Counted from the first letter of the stretch, positions 45,219-57,079 are shown. The stretch: DNA of 64,000 bases from an uncultured bacterium (GCA_963732385.1 CAVSZB010000002.1:218984-282983), one strand, 5' to 3'. Numbers and translations are program-made. The notes: a model not told the origin generated them from the sequence alone.

Positions 45219-45818
45219 TCACGGGCCGGAGCTCGCGACGAGCAGGAGGTGCGGGCCCCAGGGCGGTCCTGCCCGGACGAGGAGCTGTCGCCCGAGCGGG
45301 CCCGCGCCTGCCACCGCCGTCGCGCCGCGCTCCCGGAGCCGCCCGGCCACCTCGTCGAGCCGCTGCGCCGCGACCTCGAGGTAGACGGCCGCGGGCCCCT
45401 CGCCCGCGCGCGCCAGCGTGGCCGCGAGCCGACCCTCCGTGGCCGGCTCGAGCACGAGGACCCGCGGCTCCGCGGGCCGCGCCGCGCGGGCGCCGAGGAG
45501 CTCGTCGTTCGCCAGCCGCTCGACGAGGCCGCCGAGGTCGCCGGCCGCCCGCTCGAGGTCGACCGTGGCGATGCCGACGGCGAGGAGGCGCGGCACCTCG
45601 GGCGGCAGCCCGGGCAGTGGGAAGGCCCCGGGCTCGGGCCCGGTCGCGACGAGGCGGTCGACAGCCCGCGTGGCCGGCGCGGTCGCCTCCAGCCGGACGA
45701 TGATCCCCGCGCCCGCCAGCACGCCGTCGGCCACCGGGATCAGGCCGGCGGCGGCGAGCCGGCCGACGACGTCCGCCGGGTCGGCGGCGCGCCAGGTCAG
45801 CTCGAGGGGCGCGTTCAG
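45219..45818 (-). CDS. Hypothetical protein, VOC/glyoxalase-like C-terminal half
   Basis: GIATVDLERA..LLEP..GRLAATLAR.GEG..AVYL pattern. Confidence 0.6.
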   Translation of the reverse strand: MNAPLELTWRAADPADVVGRLAAAGLIPVADGVLAGAGIIVRLEATAPATRAVDRLVATGPEPGAFPLPGLPPEVPRLLAVGIATVDLERAAGDLGGLVERLANDELLGARAARPAEPRVLVLEPATEGRLAATLARAGEGPAAVYLEVAAQRLDEVAGRLRERGATAVAGAGPLGRQLLVRAGPPWGPHLLLVASSGP

Positions 45819-46828
45819 GCGGGCCGCTCGGCGACGAGGAGTGTCGCGTCCGACGGCAGCACGATCGCGCGCGGCTCCGGCAGGCCGGCCTCCGCGAAGA
45901 GCGCCGCGTGCTCCTCGACCGTGCGGAGGCGCCCGCCGTGAATCGACTCGTCGAGGGCGACGCCGGTGATGAGCTGCCCGTGCAGCGTCGCCAGGCCGTC
46001 GAGGTCCGACGGCAGGCACCAGCCGAGGACGAGGAGGCGGCCGCCGGGCCGCAGCGCGCGCCAGGCCGCGGCGAGGGCCGGGGCGGGGTCGCGCAGCTCG
46101 TGCAGGGCGTGCTGGAAGTAGGCGAGGTCGAACGCCCCCTCGTGAGAGATCTCGGCGACCTCGCCGGGCTCGATCCGGATCCGGCCCTCGAGCCCGGCTT
46201 CACGGACGACACGGAGCGCGCGGGCCGTGGAGTCCGGCTCCGATTCGACGCCCACGAGCCGGCAGGCCGGGAATCGCCGGGCAACGGCGACGAGCCAGCG
46301 GCCGCCCCCGCAGTGCAGGTCGACCACGTCGATCCCGCGGGCAAGGTCGGTGACGAGGTCGGGGACCGCCGCGAGCGCCTCCTCGAAGAAGACGGCGATG
46401 TCCTGGCGCGTCAGCAGCTCGATCGAGCGGTGGTAGCGCGCCGGGCGGGCCGCGACCGTATGCCCGGTCCGAAGGTGCTCGACGAGGTCATCAGTGTCGA
46501 GGCTGGCCGTGACGCTGTGGACGAACTGGCCGCCGAGGTACTCCCGTCGGTCGACGTCGAGGAGGACCGACGCGGTGGCGTCGTCGAGGAGGGCACGCTC
46601 GCCGTCCCAGCCCACGAGATCGCCCGCGAAGGCGGCCCGGCACCAGCGGGCCGTCGGTTCCGGCGCAGCCGAGACGGCCGCGGCGAGCTCGGCGGGCGTG
46701 AGGCCGGCGACACCCGCCCGGCGCAGGACCGCGAAGAAGCCGAGCTCCAGGCCGAGGTGGATCACCCACGCGCGGTAGAAGCCGCCGAGGCTCGAGGCGA
46801 GGTCGTCGAACCGCTCGTCGAGGTGCAT
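45815..46828 (-). CDS. Class I SAM-dependent methyltransferase with N-terminal wHTH
   Basis: VVDLHCGGG, FDLAY..ALHE, ALRPGG. Confidence 0.85.
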   Translation of the reverse strand: MHLDERFDDLASSLGGFYRAWVIHLGLELGFFAVLRRAGVAGLTPAELAAAVSAAPEPTARWCRAAFAGDLVGWDGERALLDDATASVLLDVDRREYLGGQFVHSVTASLDTDDLVEHLRTGHTVAARPARYHRSIELLTRQDIAVFFEEALAAVPDLVTDLARGIDVVDLHCGGGRWLVAVARRFPACRLVGVESEPDSTARALRVVREAGLEGRIRIEPGEVAEISHEGAFDLAYFQHALHELRDPAPALAAAWRALRPGGRLLVLGWCLPSDLDGLATLHGQLITGVALDESIHGGRLRTVEEHAALFAEAGLPEPRAIVLPSDATLLVAERPA

Positions 46829-46914
46829 CGCCCGGCGATTGTCGCACGCTCATCCGACCCCCGACGTCCGGATCCGGCGAGCGGCGAGGGTCGCTGGGTG
46901 CCATCCTGCGCCGC

Positions 46915-47874
46915 GTGTCCCGCGTCGCCCATCCACTCACCGCCGCCTCGCCCGCCCGGATCGCCCTCGCGCTCGTCACCCTCTACCTCGTCTGGGGCTC
47001 GACGTACCTGGCCATCCGCGTCGTCGTCGAGACGATCCCCCCGTTCACCTCGTCCGCAGTCCGCTTCCTCATCGCCGGGGCCGTCCTTTACCTGCTCGCG
47101 ATCCGGAGCGGCGATGCCGCGAACGACCGGCCCGGGCGCCTCGAGTGGCGCGACGCGGTCATCGTCGGCGGGCTCCTGCTGGCCGGCGGCAACGGGCTGC
47201 TCGCCGTCGGCGAGCAGACGATCCCCTCGGGCATCGCCGCGCTCATCATCGCGACGCTCCCGATCTGGATGGCGATCCTCGGGCGTGCCTTCTTCGGGAT
47301 CGTCCTGACCCGGACCATCGTCGCCGGCACCGTGATCGGCTTCGTCGGGGTGGCCGTCCTGATTGGCCCGTCGGCCGGCGGGGGCTCGTTCGATCCCTTC
47401 GGCGTGCTCGTCGTCCTGCTCTCGCCCGTCTTCTGGGCAACCGGATCGCTGTACAGCCGGACCGCCCACGCCCCGCGCCGCCCGCTCGTCGCCACCGGCA
47501 TGCAGATGCTCGGCGGCAGCGCAGTCCTGTTCGTGATCGCGCTCGTGACCGGCGACGTCTTCGAGGTTCGCCTCGCCGAGATCACCACGGCGTCCCTCGC
47601 GGCGGTCGGGTACCTCATCGTCGTCGGCTCGCTCATCGGGTACACGGCCTACATCTGGCTGCTGCGCGTCGCCCCGATTTCCCTCGTCGCGACCTACGCG
47701 TACGTCAACCCGGTCGTCGCCGTCTTCCTCGGCTGGCTGATCCTGGGCGAGCCGCTGGAGCCGCGGACCATCGTCGCCGGCGCGATCATCGTCGCCGCCG
47801 TGGCGGTGATCGTCCGGGCCCGCGGCGGCGAGTCCCGCCCGGCGCCGGCCGACGAGGCAGCCCCGCCGGCCTGA
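46915..47874 (+). CDS. EamA/DMT family transporter
   Basis: YLVWGSTYLAIR, about ten TM helices, TYAYVNPVVAVFLG. Confidence 0.93.
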   Translation: MSRVAHPLTAASPARIALALVTLYLVWGSTYLAIRVVVETIPPFTSSAVRFLIAGAVLYLLAIRSGDAANDRPGRLEWRDAVIVGGLLLAGGNGLLAVGEQTIPSGIAALIIATLPIWMAILGRAFFGIVLTRTIVAGTVIGFVGVAVLIGPSAGGGSFDPFGVLVVLLSPVFWATGSLYSRTAHAPRRPLVATGMQMLGGSAVLFVIALVTGDVFEVRLAEITTASLAAVGYLIVVGSLIGYTAYIWLLRVAPISLVATYAYVNPVVAVFLGWLILGEPLEPRTIVAGAIIVAAVAVIVRARGGESRPAPADEAAPPA

Positions 47875-47979
47875 CCGGCCCGTCGACTCGGCGCCCCGCC
47901 AGGACCGGCCCTGCCGTGCCCCCGCGGCGTATCGTTCGGTCAGCCCCGCCGCCCCGACCGCTCGGAGGAGTCGCACCCC

Positions 47980-49396
<1,417 letters not shown>

Positions 49397-49418
49397 GAGT
49401 CCCCGGCGTTCCTCCTGG

Positions 49419-49820
49419 TCACCGGGCGTCCGGCAGGGCGCGCCGCACGATCGAGGCTTCGATCCACAGGAGGACGCCGGTCACGCCGGCGAGGGCGAAC
49501 CCGAACCCGGCAGCGTTCCAGTTGCCGTTGACGATGCCGCCGACGACGACGTGCCATAGGCCGAACAGGAACGCGCCGAGGAGGACGGCCGCGACCGCCC
49601 CGCCGAGCGCCAGTGCGATCCGCGCGACGGCTCCGCCGCGGGCCCAGGCGAGGGCGAAGCGGCGGCGCGCGTCGCGCCAGGGCGGCTCGTAATCGACCGG
49701 CGCTCCGGCCAGGCCCGGCGCCCCCTCCGCATCGCCGGTCGGCTCTGGCGCGTCCGGTGCGTCCGGCAGGCCGCGCGGAACGGCACCCGGCCCGGCCGGT
49801 TCGCCGGGTCGGTCAGTCAT
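49419..49820 (-). CDS. Hypothetical membrane protein
   Basis: Overlaps the ACAD stop; two to three TM segments. Confidence 0.65.
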   Translation of the reverse strand: MTDRPGEPAGPGAVPRGLPDAPDAPEPTGDAEGAPGLAGAPVDYEPPWRDARRRFALAWARGGAVARIALALGGAVAAVLLGAFLFGLWHVVVGGIVNGNWNAAGFGFALAGVTGVLLWIEASIVRRALPDAR

Positions 49821-51036
49821 GGCGACCCAGCGCCGGCCAGCGCTCGAAGCCCTGGGCCGGGAGCGGCTCGCAGCGGATGGGCCGGTCTTCGCGGTAGCCG
49901 AGGGCGTAGTCGGCCTGGATGAGCGTGTGGAGCTGGCTCGTGCCCTCGTAGATGACGGCCGCCTTGCTGTTGCGCAGGTAGCGCTCGACCGGGAACTCGT
50001 TCGAGTAGCCGTTCGCGCCGTGGACCTGCACCGCGTCGAGGGCGGCCTGGACGCTGTGCTCGGTCGCGTGCCATTTCGCCAGCGACGTCTCGCGCGTCGT
50101 CCGGACGCCGTGGTTCTTCAGCCAGCCGGCTCGCCACACGAGCAGCCGCCCCATCTCCGTGCCGGCGGCCATCTTCGCGATCATCTGCTTGACCAATTGG
50201 TGGCGCCCGATCTCCTGTCCGAACGCCTGCCGCTCCCGGGCGTACCTCGCGCTCGCCTCGAGGCAGGCCTGGGCGAGCCCGACGGCCCCGGCCGCCACGG
50301 TGTAGCGCCCCTGGTCGATCGCGCTCATGGCGACGAGGAACCCCTCGCCGTCCTCGCCGATCCGATTCTCGATCGGCACCTCGACGTTGTCGAGCGTGAT
50401 GAGCCCGGTGTTCCCGGCCCGGATGCCGAGCTTCCCGTGGAGCGTCCCGGTCGTCAGCCCCTTCATCCCCCGCTCGAGCATGAAGGCCGTCACACCACGG
50501 TGCTTCTTCGAGCGGTCCACCGAGGCGAAGACGAGGAAGTGATCGGCGAGGTCGGCGAGGCTGATCCAGATCTTGCTGCCGTTGAGGATGTAGGCATCGC
50601 CCTCGCGGCGGGCGGTCGACTGGAGGGCCCCGGCGTCCGTGCCCGCCCCCGGCTCGGTCAGCCCGAAGGTTGCCAGCTTCCGCCCGAGCGCCTGGGGGAC
50701 GAGCCAGCGGCGCTTCTGCTCGTCGGTCGCCCATTGGAGGAGCGCCAGCGAGTTGAGGCCGACGTGGACGCTCATGACCACCCGGTAGGCCGTGTCGGCC
50801 CGCTCGAGCTCCTCGCAGAGGATCGCGTAGCTGATGTAGTCGAGGCCGGCGCCGCCCCACTCCTCCGGGATCGGCGCGCCCAGGTAGCCCAGCTCCCCCA
50901 TCTTCGCGAAGACCTCGGGGTGGGCCTCGCCGCGCTCGTCCCACTCGCGGATGCCGGGAAGGATCTCCGCCTCGACGAACTCGCGGACGGATTGGCGGAC
51001 GAGGCGGTTCTCCTCGGAGAGGCTGAAGTCGATCAC
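49813..51036 (-). CDS. Acyl-CoA dehydrogenase
   Basis: FGLTEPGAGTD, LNGSKIWIS, KLGIRA, QVHGANGY, IYEGT. Confidence 0.94.
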   Translation of the reverse strand: MIDFSLSEENRLVRQSVREFVEAEILPGIREWDERGEAHPEVFAKMGELGYLGAPIPEEWGGAGLDYISYAILCEELERADTAYRVVMSVHVGLNSLALLQWATDEQKRRWLVPQALGRKLATFGLTEPGAGTDAGALQSTARREGDAYILNGSKIWISLADLADHFLVFASVDRSKKHRGVTAFMLERGMKGLTTGTLHGKLGIRAGNTGLITLDNVEVPIENRIGEDGEGFLVAMSAIDQGRYTVAAGAVGLAQACLEASARYARERQAFGQEIGRHQLVKQMIAKMAAGTEMGRLLVWRAGWLKNHGVRTTRETSLAKWHATEHSVQAALDAVQVHGANGYSNEFPVERYLRNSKAAVIYEGTSQLHTLIQADYALGYREDRPIRCEPLPAQGFERWPALGRHD

Positions 51037-51188
51037 GGGCGACGGGTCTCCTGGCGGCCGGCACCGCGGGCGCGGCAGGCGTGGCCGGATTCTAGGCGGC
51101 ACCGGCCACCTATACTCGGCCGGCATCTGCGCGGCCCGGCGGCGGCCGGCCGACGCCGCCCGCCCGACGTCACACCCGGAGGGAGCCC

Positions 51189-52499
51189 ATGGACACGAGC
51201 CCTGCGCCCGGCGCCCCCGGGATCGACCTGGCTGCCCTCGCTGCCGCCAACCTGACCCCGGTCCTCGGCCGCTACTTCGAGCGATCGTGGAGCCACGGTG
51301 AGGGCCATCGCCTCTACGACACCAACGGGAAGGCGTACCTCGACTTCGCCAACGGGATCGCCGTCAGCGTCCTCGGGCACCGCAATCCCCGGGTGACGGC
51401 GGCCGTGCACGAGCAGGTCGACCGCCTGATGGGCCCGATGGGGGCCATGGGCTACGCCGAGCCCACGGTGCGCCTCGCACGCGAGCTGGCCGCCGAGCTC
51501 CCCGATCCCATCGACTCCGTCTTCTTCCTCAACTCCGGCAGCGAGGCGATCGAGGCGGCCCTGAAGCTCGCCCGCCGGGTGACGGGCCGCCCGGGGATCG
51601 TCGCCTTCCGCGGCGGCTTCCACGGGCGCACCTTCGGGGCGGCGAGCATCACGAGCTCCAACCCGAACTACCGCCGTGGCTACGAGCCGCTCCTGCCCGG
51701 CGTCTACCTCTCGCTGTACCCATCGGTCTACCGCGAGTTCGGCGGCGACGAGGCGCGGGCGGTCGAGACGTCGTTCAGACACCTGCGCGACCTCTTCCAC
51801 TCGACGATCGACCCCGACGAGGTCGCGGCGATCGTCGTCGAGCCAGTGCAGGGCGAGGGCGGCTACGTCCCGGCGCCGCCGGCCTTCCTGCAGATCCTGC
51901 GGCGCGTCTGCGACCGCCACGGGATCCTGCTCGTCGCCGACGAGATCCAGAGCGGCTACGGGCGGACCGGGCGCATGTGGGGCTTCGAGCACGCCGGGAT
52001 CATCCCCGACGTCGTCTGCGTGGCGAAGGCGATCGCGAACGGGCTGCCGCTGGCGGCGATGGCCAGCTCCCGGGCGCTCCAGGAGCGCTGGGGGAAGAGC
52101 GCCCACGGCTCGACGTTCGGCGGCAATCCGGTGGCCTGCGCGGCCGGCCTCGCGGTGCTCGAGGAGATCCGCGAGCGCGGCCTTGTCGGGAACGCCGCCG
52201 TGCGGGGGGCGGAGCTGACGGCCGGGCTGCAGCAGATCGCCGCCGGCGACGCGCGAATCGGCGACGTCCGGGGGCCGGGCCTGATGATCGGCGTGGAGCT
52301 CGTGAAGGACCGCGCCACGCGCGAGCCTGACGGGGCCATCTGTGACGCGCTGGTCCGGCGCTGCGCCGACGACGGCCTGCTCCTTCTCTCCTGCGGCGTC
52401 GAGCACAACGTGATCCGCTGGATCGCGCCGCTCGACGTGACGGGCGAGGAGGTCGCCGAAGCGCTCTCGATCTTCCGGGCGGCGCTGGTGGCGACGTAG
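51189..52499 (+). CDS. Class III PLP aminotransferase (4-aminobutyrate aminotransferase-like)
   Basis: NSGSEAIE, FHGRT, EPVQGEGG, DEIQSGYGRTG, AKAIA, STFGGNP. Confidence 0.92.
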   Translation: MDTSPAPGAPGIDLAALAAANLTPVLGRYFERSWSHGEGHRLYDTNGKAYLDFANGIAVSVLGHRNPRVTAAVHEQVDRLMGPMGAMGYAEPTVRLARELAAELPDPIDSVFFLNSGSEAIEAALKLARRVTGRPGIVAFRGGFHGRTFGAASITSSNPNYRRGYEPLLPGVYLSLYPSVYREFGGDEARAVETSFRHLRDLFHSTIDPDEVAAIVVEPVQGEGGYVPAPPAFLQILRRVCDRHGILLVADEIQSGYGRTGRMWGFEHAGIIPDVVCVAKAIANGLPLAAMASSRALQERWGKSAHGSTFGGNPVACAAGLAVLEEIRERGLVGNAAVRGAELTAGLQQIAAGDARIGDVRGPGLMIGVELVKDRATREPDGAICDALVRRCADDGLLLLSCGVEHNVIRWIAPLDVTGEEVAEALSIFRAALVAT

Positions 52500-52529
52500 G
52501 CCGCCAGGGCGGTACGACGGTCGCGCGAG

Positions 52530-52727
52530 TCAGGAAGCCTGGCGGGCGTTCCTGGCGAGGAACGCCATGACATCTTCGAGGCGGAAGCGGCGGTCGCCCC
52601 GCGAGCAGACCCGGAAGAACGGCAGCTCGCCGCGGTCGCCGAGGCGCTTCACGGTATTGACGTGGAGATGGAGCATCTCGGCCACTTCGCTCGCGGTGAG
52701 CAACGGTCCAAGGTCGCTGACGGCCAT
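52530..52727 (-). CDS. Small excisionase/BldC-like DNA-binding protein
   Basis: LLTASEVAEMLHLHVNTVKR..GELP..R..GDRRFR..DV; SD GAGGA. Confidence 0.85.
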   Translation of the reverse strand: MAVSDLGPLLTASEVAEMLHLHVNTVKRLGDRGELPFFRVCSRGDRRFRLEDVMAFLARNARQAS

Positions 52728-52946
52728 GCGGGTCCTCGCCTGACTGGATCCCGGGACGCCGGGGGCGTTGGGTTGACACGGGTGCGGTTCGCGCGGTTGA
52801 CGGGTGGAGGCTAGGGGTCCGAGGTAGGCCGGGCCAAGCCGTACCTTCGTGGTGGGGAGCGGGGTACCCGGAGGTCCGGTGCTCGACGGCACCGGAGCGG
52901 TCGCCGGACGGGGTACGATCGCCGTCCGAACGCGTGGGAGGTCGGC

Positions 52947-53399
52947 ATGGCGACGACATCGAGCGGCAGGTCCATCACGGCCAGGGTCGTTCCCTCGATC
53001 GCGCTCGTCGGGGTCGCCGCCGCCTGCGCCATCTTTGCCCTGTCGGCGACGCCGGCGGAGGAAGGGGCAGCCTCTGCCGCCGCCCAGACCACGTTCCTGA
53101 CGGCGCCGGCGTGGTTCACCGCCGGCTTTGCGGTCCTGGCGGCAGTGACGCTCGCCGTGTCGGCCTCGCCCGACATCATCTACCGGGCCGGCGGTCTCCT
53201 GGGGCTGATGGCCTCGATCGGGGCCGCCCTCGGCGGGCTCCTCAACTTCGTCGGCTATGCGAACAGCGACATCTGGTGGGCCGCGGATCCCGATGCGATC
53301 CGCCGCTCGGCGGCGATCCTGCTCGTCACGGCCGTCATCTCGCTCCTCGTCGTGGGCTCCGAGCAGCTCTGGCCGGGGTGGCGTCGCGCCGCCCGCTGA
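52947..53399 (+). CDS. Hypothetical membrane protein
   Basis: SD GGAGG; four hydrophobic segments. Confidence 0.65.
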   Translation: MATTSSGRSITARVVPSIALVGVAAACAIFALSATPAEEGAASAAAQTTFLTAPAWFTAGFAVLAAVTLAVSASPDIIYRAGGLLGLMASIGAALGGLLNFVGYANSDIWWAADPDAIRRSAAILLVTAVISLLVVGSEQLWPGWRRAAR

Positions 53400-53499
53400 C
53401 GACCGCGCGAGCCGCCCGCAGGGGCGATCGGGACCGGCACCCACCGGCTACCCGCGTCCGGTGCCAGCTGGGGCGGATGGTCGAGGAGTCTCGGGACTC

Positions 53500-53793
53500 C
53501 TACGTGGCAACCGGGCTCGGAGACAGAAGTCCGACCAGGGCGCCAACGATGGTGGTCGTGATCGCGAGGAAGATCGCGCCCGCATCCTTGTTGTTGTCCT
53601 GGTAGAAGGTGAACGCGGCCCCCCCGGCGAGGATGGCCCCCACGAACAGGCCTGTGATCAGGATGTACCACAGCCGCCCCAGCTGGGCTCCCTCGGGCGG
53701 CGGGAGGCTCGCCAGCGCCTCGCGGGCGACTCGGAGGCGCTCGGGCTCGGGTAGTCCGTCGAGGGCCGCTCGCGCATCCTCAATGGTCGACAT
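53500..53793 (-). CDS. Small two-TM hypothetical protein
   Basis: MSTIEDAR..LWYILITGLF..IVGALVGLLSPSP; SD GAGGGG. Confidence 0.65.
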   Translation of the reverse strand: MSTIEDARAALDGLPEPERLRVAREALASLPPPEGAQLGRLWYILITGLFVGAILAGGAAFTFYQDNNKDAGAIFLAITTTIVGALVGLLSPSPVAT

Positions 53794-53915
53794 CTGGGTA
53801 CCCCCTCTCCCTGTGCGGCGAGCGCCGCGCCCGCCGGTTCCGCGCATCTTGGGGCGCGCTCGGGTGGAGCGCAATCGCCGAGCCGCGCGGGCGACATCAT
53901 GCGTGCGTGAAGCGC

Positions 53916-53991
53916 TGGCGCCCCCGGCAGGATTCGAACCTGCGACCTCGGGATTAGAAGTCCCTCGCTCTGTCCCCTGAGCTACGGGGGC
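53916..53991 (-). tRNA. tRNA-Arg(TCT)
   Basis: GCCCCCGTAGCTCAG..GGGA-CTTCTAA-TCCC..GGTTCGAATCC..CCA. Confidence 0.95.
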
Positions 53992-54031
53992 GCGGCCTGC
54001 AGGATCGCACGCCGCGCCCGGCCGTGTCGCG

Positions 54032-55254
54032 TCAGGGCATCAGCAGGACCGGCTCGATGCGCTCCATCGCCCAGTCGATCTCCTCCTTCGCAATGACGAG
54101 CGGCGGGGCGAAGCGGATCGTGTTGACGTGGGTCTCCTTGGCCAGGATCCCGGCGGCCCGCAGCGCCTCGCAGAAGCGCCGCGCGCCGCCGGCCTCGGGG
54201 CGGAGCTCGACGCCGATGAGCAGCCCGCGGCCGCGGATCTCCTGCACGTGCGGGCTCGCCACCTCCCGGAGACGCGCCATGAAGTCGTCGCCCATGGCGG
54301 CCGCGTTGCCGACCAGGTCCTCCTCCACGAGCACCCGGAGGGCCGCGCGGGCGACGGCACACGCCAGCGGGCTGCCGCCGAACGTGCTGCCGTGGGTGCC
54401 CGGCGTGAAGACGTCCATGACCTCGTTGCCGGCGAGGACGGCCGAGACCGGGTAGAAGCCCGCCCGAGAGCGCCTTGCCGATCGTCACGATGTCGGGGCG
54501 GACGTCCTCGTGATCGGCAGCGAACAAGCGGCCGGTGCGGCCGAGCCCGGTCTGGATCTCGTCGGCGATGAGGAGGACGTTGTTGCGCGTGCAGATCTCG
54601 CGGACCCGCCGCAGGTACCCCTCGGGAGGGACGATCACGCCGCCCTCGCCCTGGATCGGCTCGACGATGAAGGCCGCGGTGTTCGGCGTGATCGCGGCCT
54701 CGAGCGCGTCGGCGTCGCCGTACGGCACGAGCGTGAAGCCGGGGGTGAGCGGGCCGAAGCCGGCCCGGTAGAGCGGCTCGGAGCTGAAGCTGATGATCGA
54801 GATCGTGCGCCCGGCGAAGTTCCCCTCCGCAGGCGATGATCTCGGCCTGGCCGTCGGGCACGCCCTTGACGTCGCAGGCCCACTTGCGGGCGGCCTTGAG
54901 GGCGGTCTCCACGGCCTCGGCTCCCGAGTTCATCGGCAGCACCCGCTCGAAACCGGTCAGCTCGCACAGCTCGCGGTAGTAGGGGCCGAGCTGGTCGTTG
55001 CGGAAGGCCCGGCTCACGAGGGGCAGGCGACCGGCCTGCTCGACCATCGCCGCCAGGATCCGCGGGTGAGCGTGGCCCTGGTTGACGGCGCTGTACGCGC
55101 TCAGACAGTCAAGGTACCGGTTGCCCTCGACGTCCCAGACCCAGACACCCTCGCCGCGACTCAGGACGACGTCGAGGGGGTGGTAGTTGTGGGCGCCGTA
55201 GCGGTCTTCGAGGTCGACCAGCTCGCGCGACGACGAACGCTCCATGATGGTCAT
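54032..55254 (-). CDS. rocD: Ornithine--oxo-acid aminotransferase (two frameshifts)
   Basis: [61 protein letters not shown]. Confidence 0.92.
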
Positions 55255-55450
55255 GAGGGAGGTCCCGTGTGCGGCGTGGCTGCTCGTTTGGTCCTCGGGA
55301 ACAGCCCGTACCGAAGGCTCCTCCATGATACCGCCGGGGCCGACCCGACCGCCCGCACGGGCCGCCCATGGCGGCCCGTGCGACACCCGCGGCTCGATCG
55401 GCCGGTGCTATGCTCCGCGCCCGCGCGCTCCGGCAGCCGCGCGCCGAGGG

Positions 55451-57034
55451 ATGGAGGCAGGCCCCGTGGCCGATCGGGCCCGAACGCTCGCGCGCGACGA
55501 CGCGCCACCGGAGGGTGCGCCGCCCGCGGCCGACGGGGCCACTCGGCCGACCGACGCGCGGGTCGCCGTCGCCCTGCCGGTTCCCCACCCGGGCGCTGCC
55601 GCCGGCCCCCGTTCGCGCGTCCTCGGGGTCCCCGGTCACCGGCCTGCTGCGGCGCCCCGCTCGCGCCGCGCCCTGCCCAACCCGGGCCAGCTGCCGCTGC
55701 CCTTCGCCGCTCCCCTCCCCACCCTGCTGCTCACGCCGGACTGGCGCAACCGGCCACGGCTATGGGGCCACGCGTACCACCCGATGTGCTCGTATCTCGC
55801 AAGCTTCCCGGCGGCGCTCGCCCACGCCTTCATCGCCCGCTACACGCGGCCCGGCGACGTCGTCGTCGACCCGTTCGCCGGGCGGGGCACCGTGCCCCTC
55901 CAGGCCTGCGCGGAAGGTCGGATCGGCGTCGGGAATGACCTGAACCCGCTCGCCCACGTCCTCACCGCCGCCAAGGTGAACCCGCCGACCGATCGGGAGC
56001 TGGACGCTCGGCTCGCCGCCCTCCGGCTCGACTGGTCGGTCGAGGCCGCGGGCTGGATCGAGCTCGCCCACCGCGTCGTCGCGGGCGCTCCGGTCCAGGT
56101 CCCCGCCACCGGGTCGGGGACCGCCGCGCACGGCGGCAGCGAGCCTGTGCCGCCCGAGGTCGCCATCGCCTTTCATCCCCGGACGCTGGGCCAGCTCCTG
56201 TTCGTCCGGTCGCGGCTCGACCTCGCCGACCGCGCCGACCGGTTCATCGCGGCGGCGCTCGCGGGGATCCTTCACGGCAAGCGACCCGGCTACCTCTCCG
56301 AGCTCATGCCGAACACGTTCAGCATGGCGCCGCGCTACACCCGGGACTTCGCAGCGCGGACCGGTTTCGCCCCCCAGGAGCGCGACCTGTTCCTGCTCCT
56401 CGGCGCCAAGCTCCGGCGACTTGCCCGGGACGGCCGGCCCGCCGCGCGCGGCATTGCTCTTCTCGGGGACGCGCGCGACGCGGGCGCGCGGGCGAACGCG
56501 GCCCTCGGCCAGCGGGCCCTCCCCGCCCGGGCGCGGCTCGTCCTCTCCTCGCCGCCGTACCTGCGCGTCCTCAAGTACGGCTACTACAACTGGCTGCGGA
56601 CGTGGTTCCTCGGCTTCTCGGCGGCGGCGATCGACGCGACCCTCGACGACGGTCACCGCCGCGAGTCCTACTCGCTCTTCCTGCGCGAGGTCCTCGCCGG
56701 GCTCCGGCCGGCGCTCGCCGACGACGCCGTGGTGGCCCTCGTCCTCGGTGACATCGAGGCCGAACGTGGCCGGGCCGCGCCCGACGGGCTCCCGGTCGGC
56801 CTCGCGGACGAGGCATGGGAGAGCGCGGCCCGACCGGAGGGCTACCTGCTGGCCGGCATCGCCCGTGACGAGATCTCGGCGCCGCGCAAGATGACGAAGC
56901 TGTGGGGAGCAGAGGCCGGTCGTGCCAGCACGGTCGACCGGATCCTCGTGCTGGCCACCTCCGAAGCGGGCCGGCGGCGGGCGGCGGCAGGGGCGGCGTT
57001 CCCTATCGACTGGAGCTGGCCCCCCCGCCGCTGA
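55451..57034 (+). CDS. DNA amino-methyltransferase (N4-C/N6-A), start approximate
   Basis: Motif I DPFAGRGT, GNDLNP, later motif IV SSPPY. Confidence 0.85.
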   Translation: MEAGPVADRARTLARDDAPPEGAPPAADGATRPTDARVAVALPVPHPGAAAGPRSRVLGVPGHRPAAAPRSRRALPNPGQLPLPFAAPLPTLLLTPDWRNRPRLWGHAYHPMCSYLASFPAALAHAFIARYTRPGDVVVDPFAGRGTVPLQACAEGRIGVGNDLNPLAHVLTAAKVNPPTDRELDARLAALRLDWSVEAAGWIELAHRVVAGAPVQVPATGSGTAAHGGSEPVPPEVAIAFHPRTLGQLLFVRSRLDLADRADRFIAAALAGILHGKRPGYLSELMPNTFSMAPRYTRDFAARTGFAPQERDLFLLLGAKLRRLARDGRPAARGIALLGDARDAGARANAALGQRALPARARLVLSSPPYLRVLKYGYYNWLRTWFLGFSAAAIDATLDDGHRRESYSLFLREVLAGLRPALADDAVVALVLGDIEAERGRAAPDGLPVGLADEAWESAARPEGYLLAGIARDEISAPRKMTKLWGAEAGRASTVDRILVLATSEAGRRRAAAGAAFPIDWSWPPRR

Positions 57035-57079
57035 GTCGACGTCTCGGCCGACCCGGAAGTCCGGACGCGGGGACCGAAG

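Noticed and set aside
52530..53991. Xis-like gene plus small membrane genes next to tRNA-Arg as an integrated element
   Set aside because: No integrase and no duplicated tRNA 3' end (att site) seen; the same holds for tRNA-Lys and tRNA-Glu.
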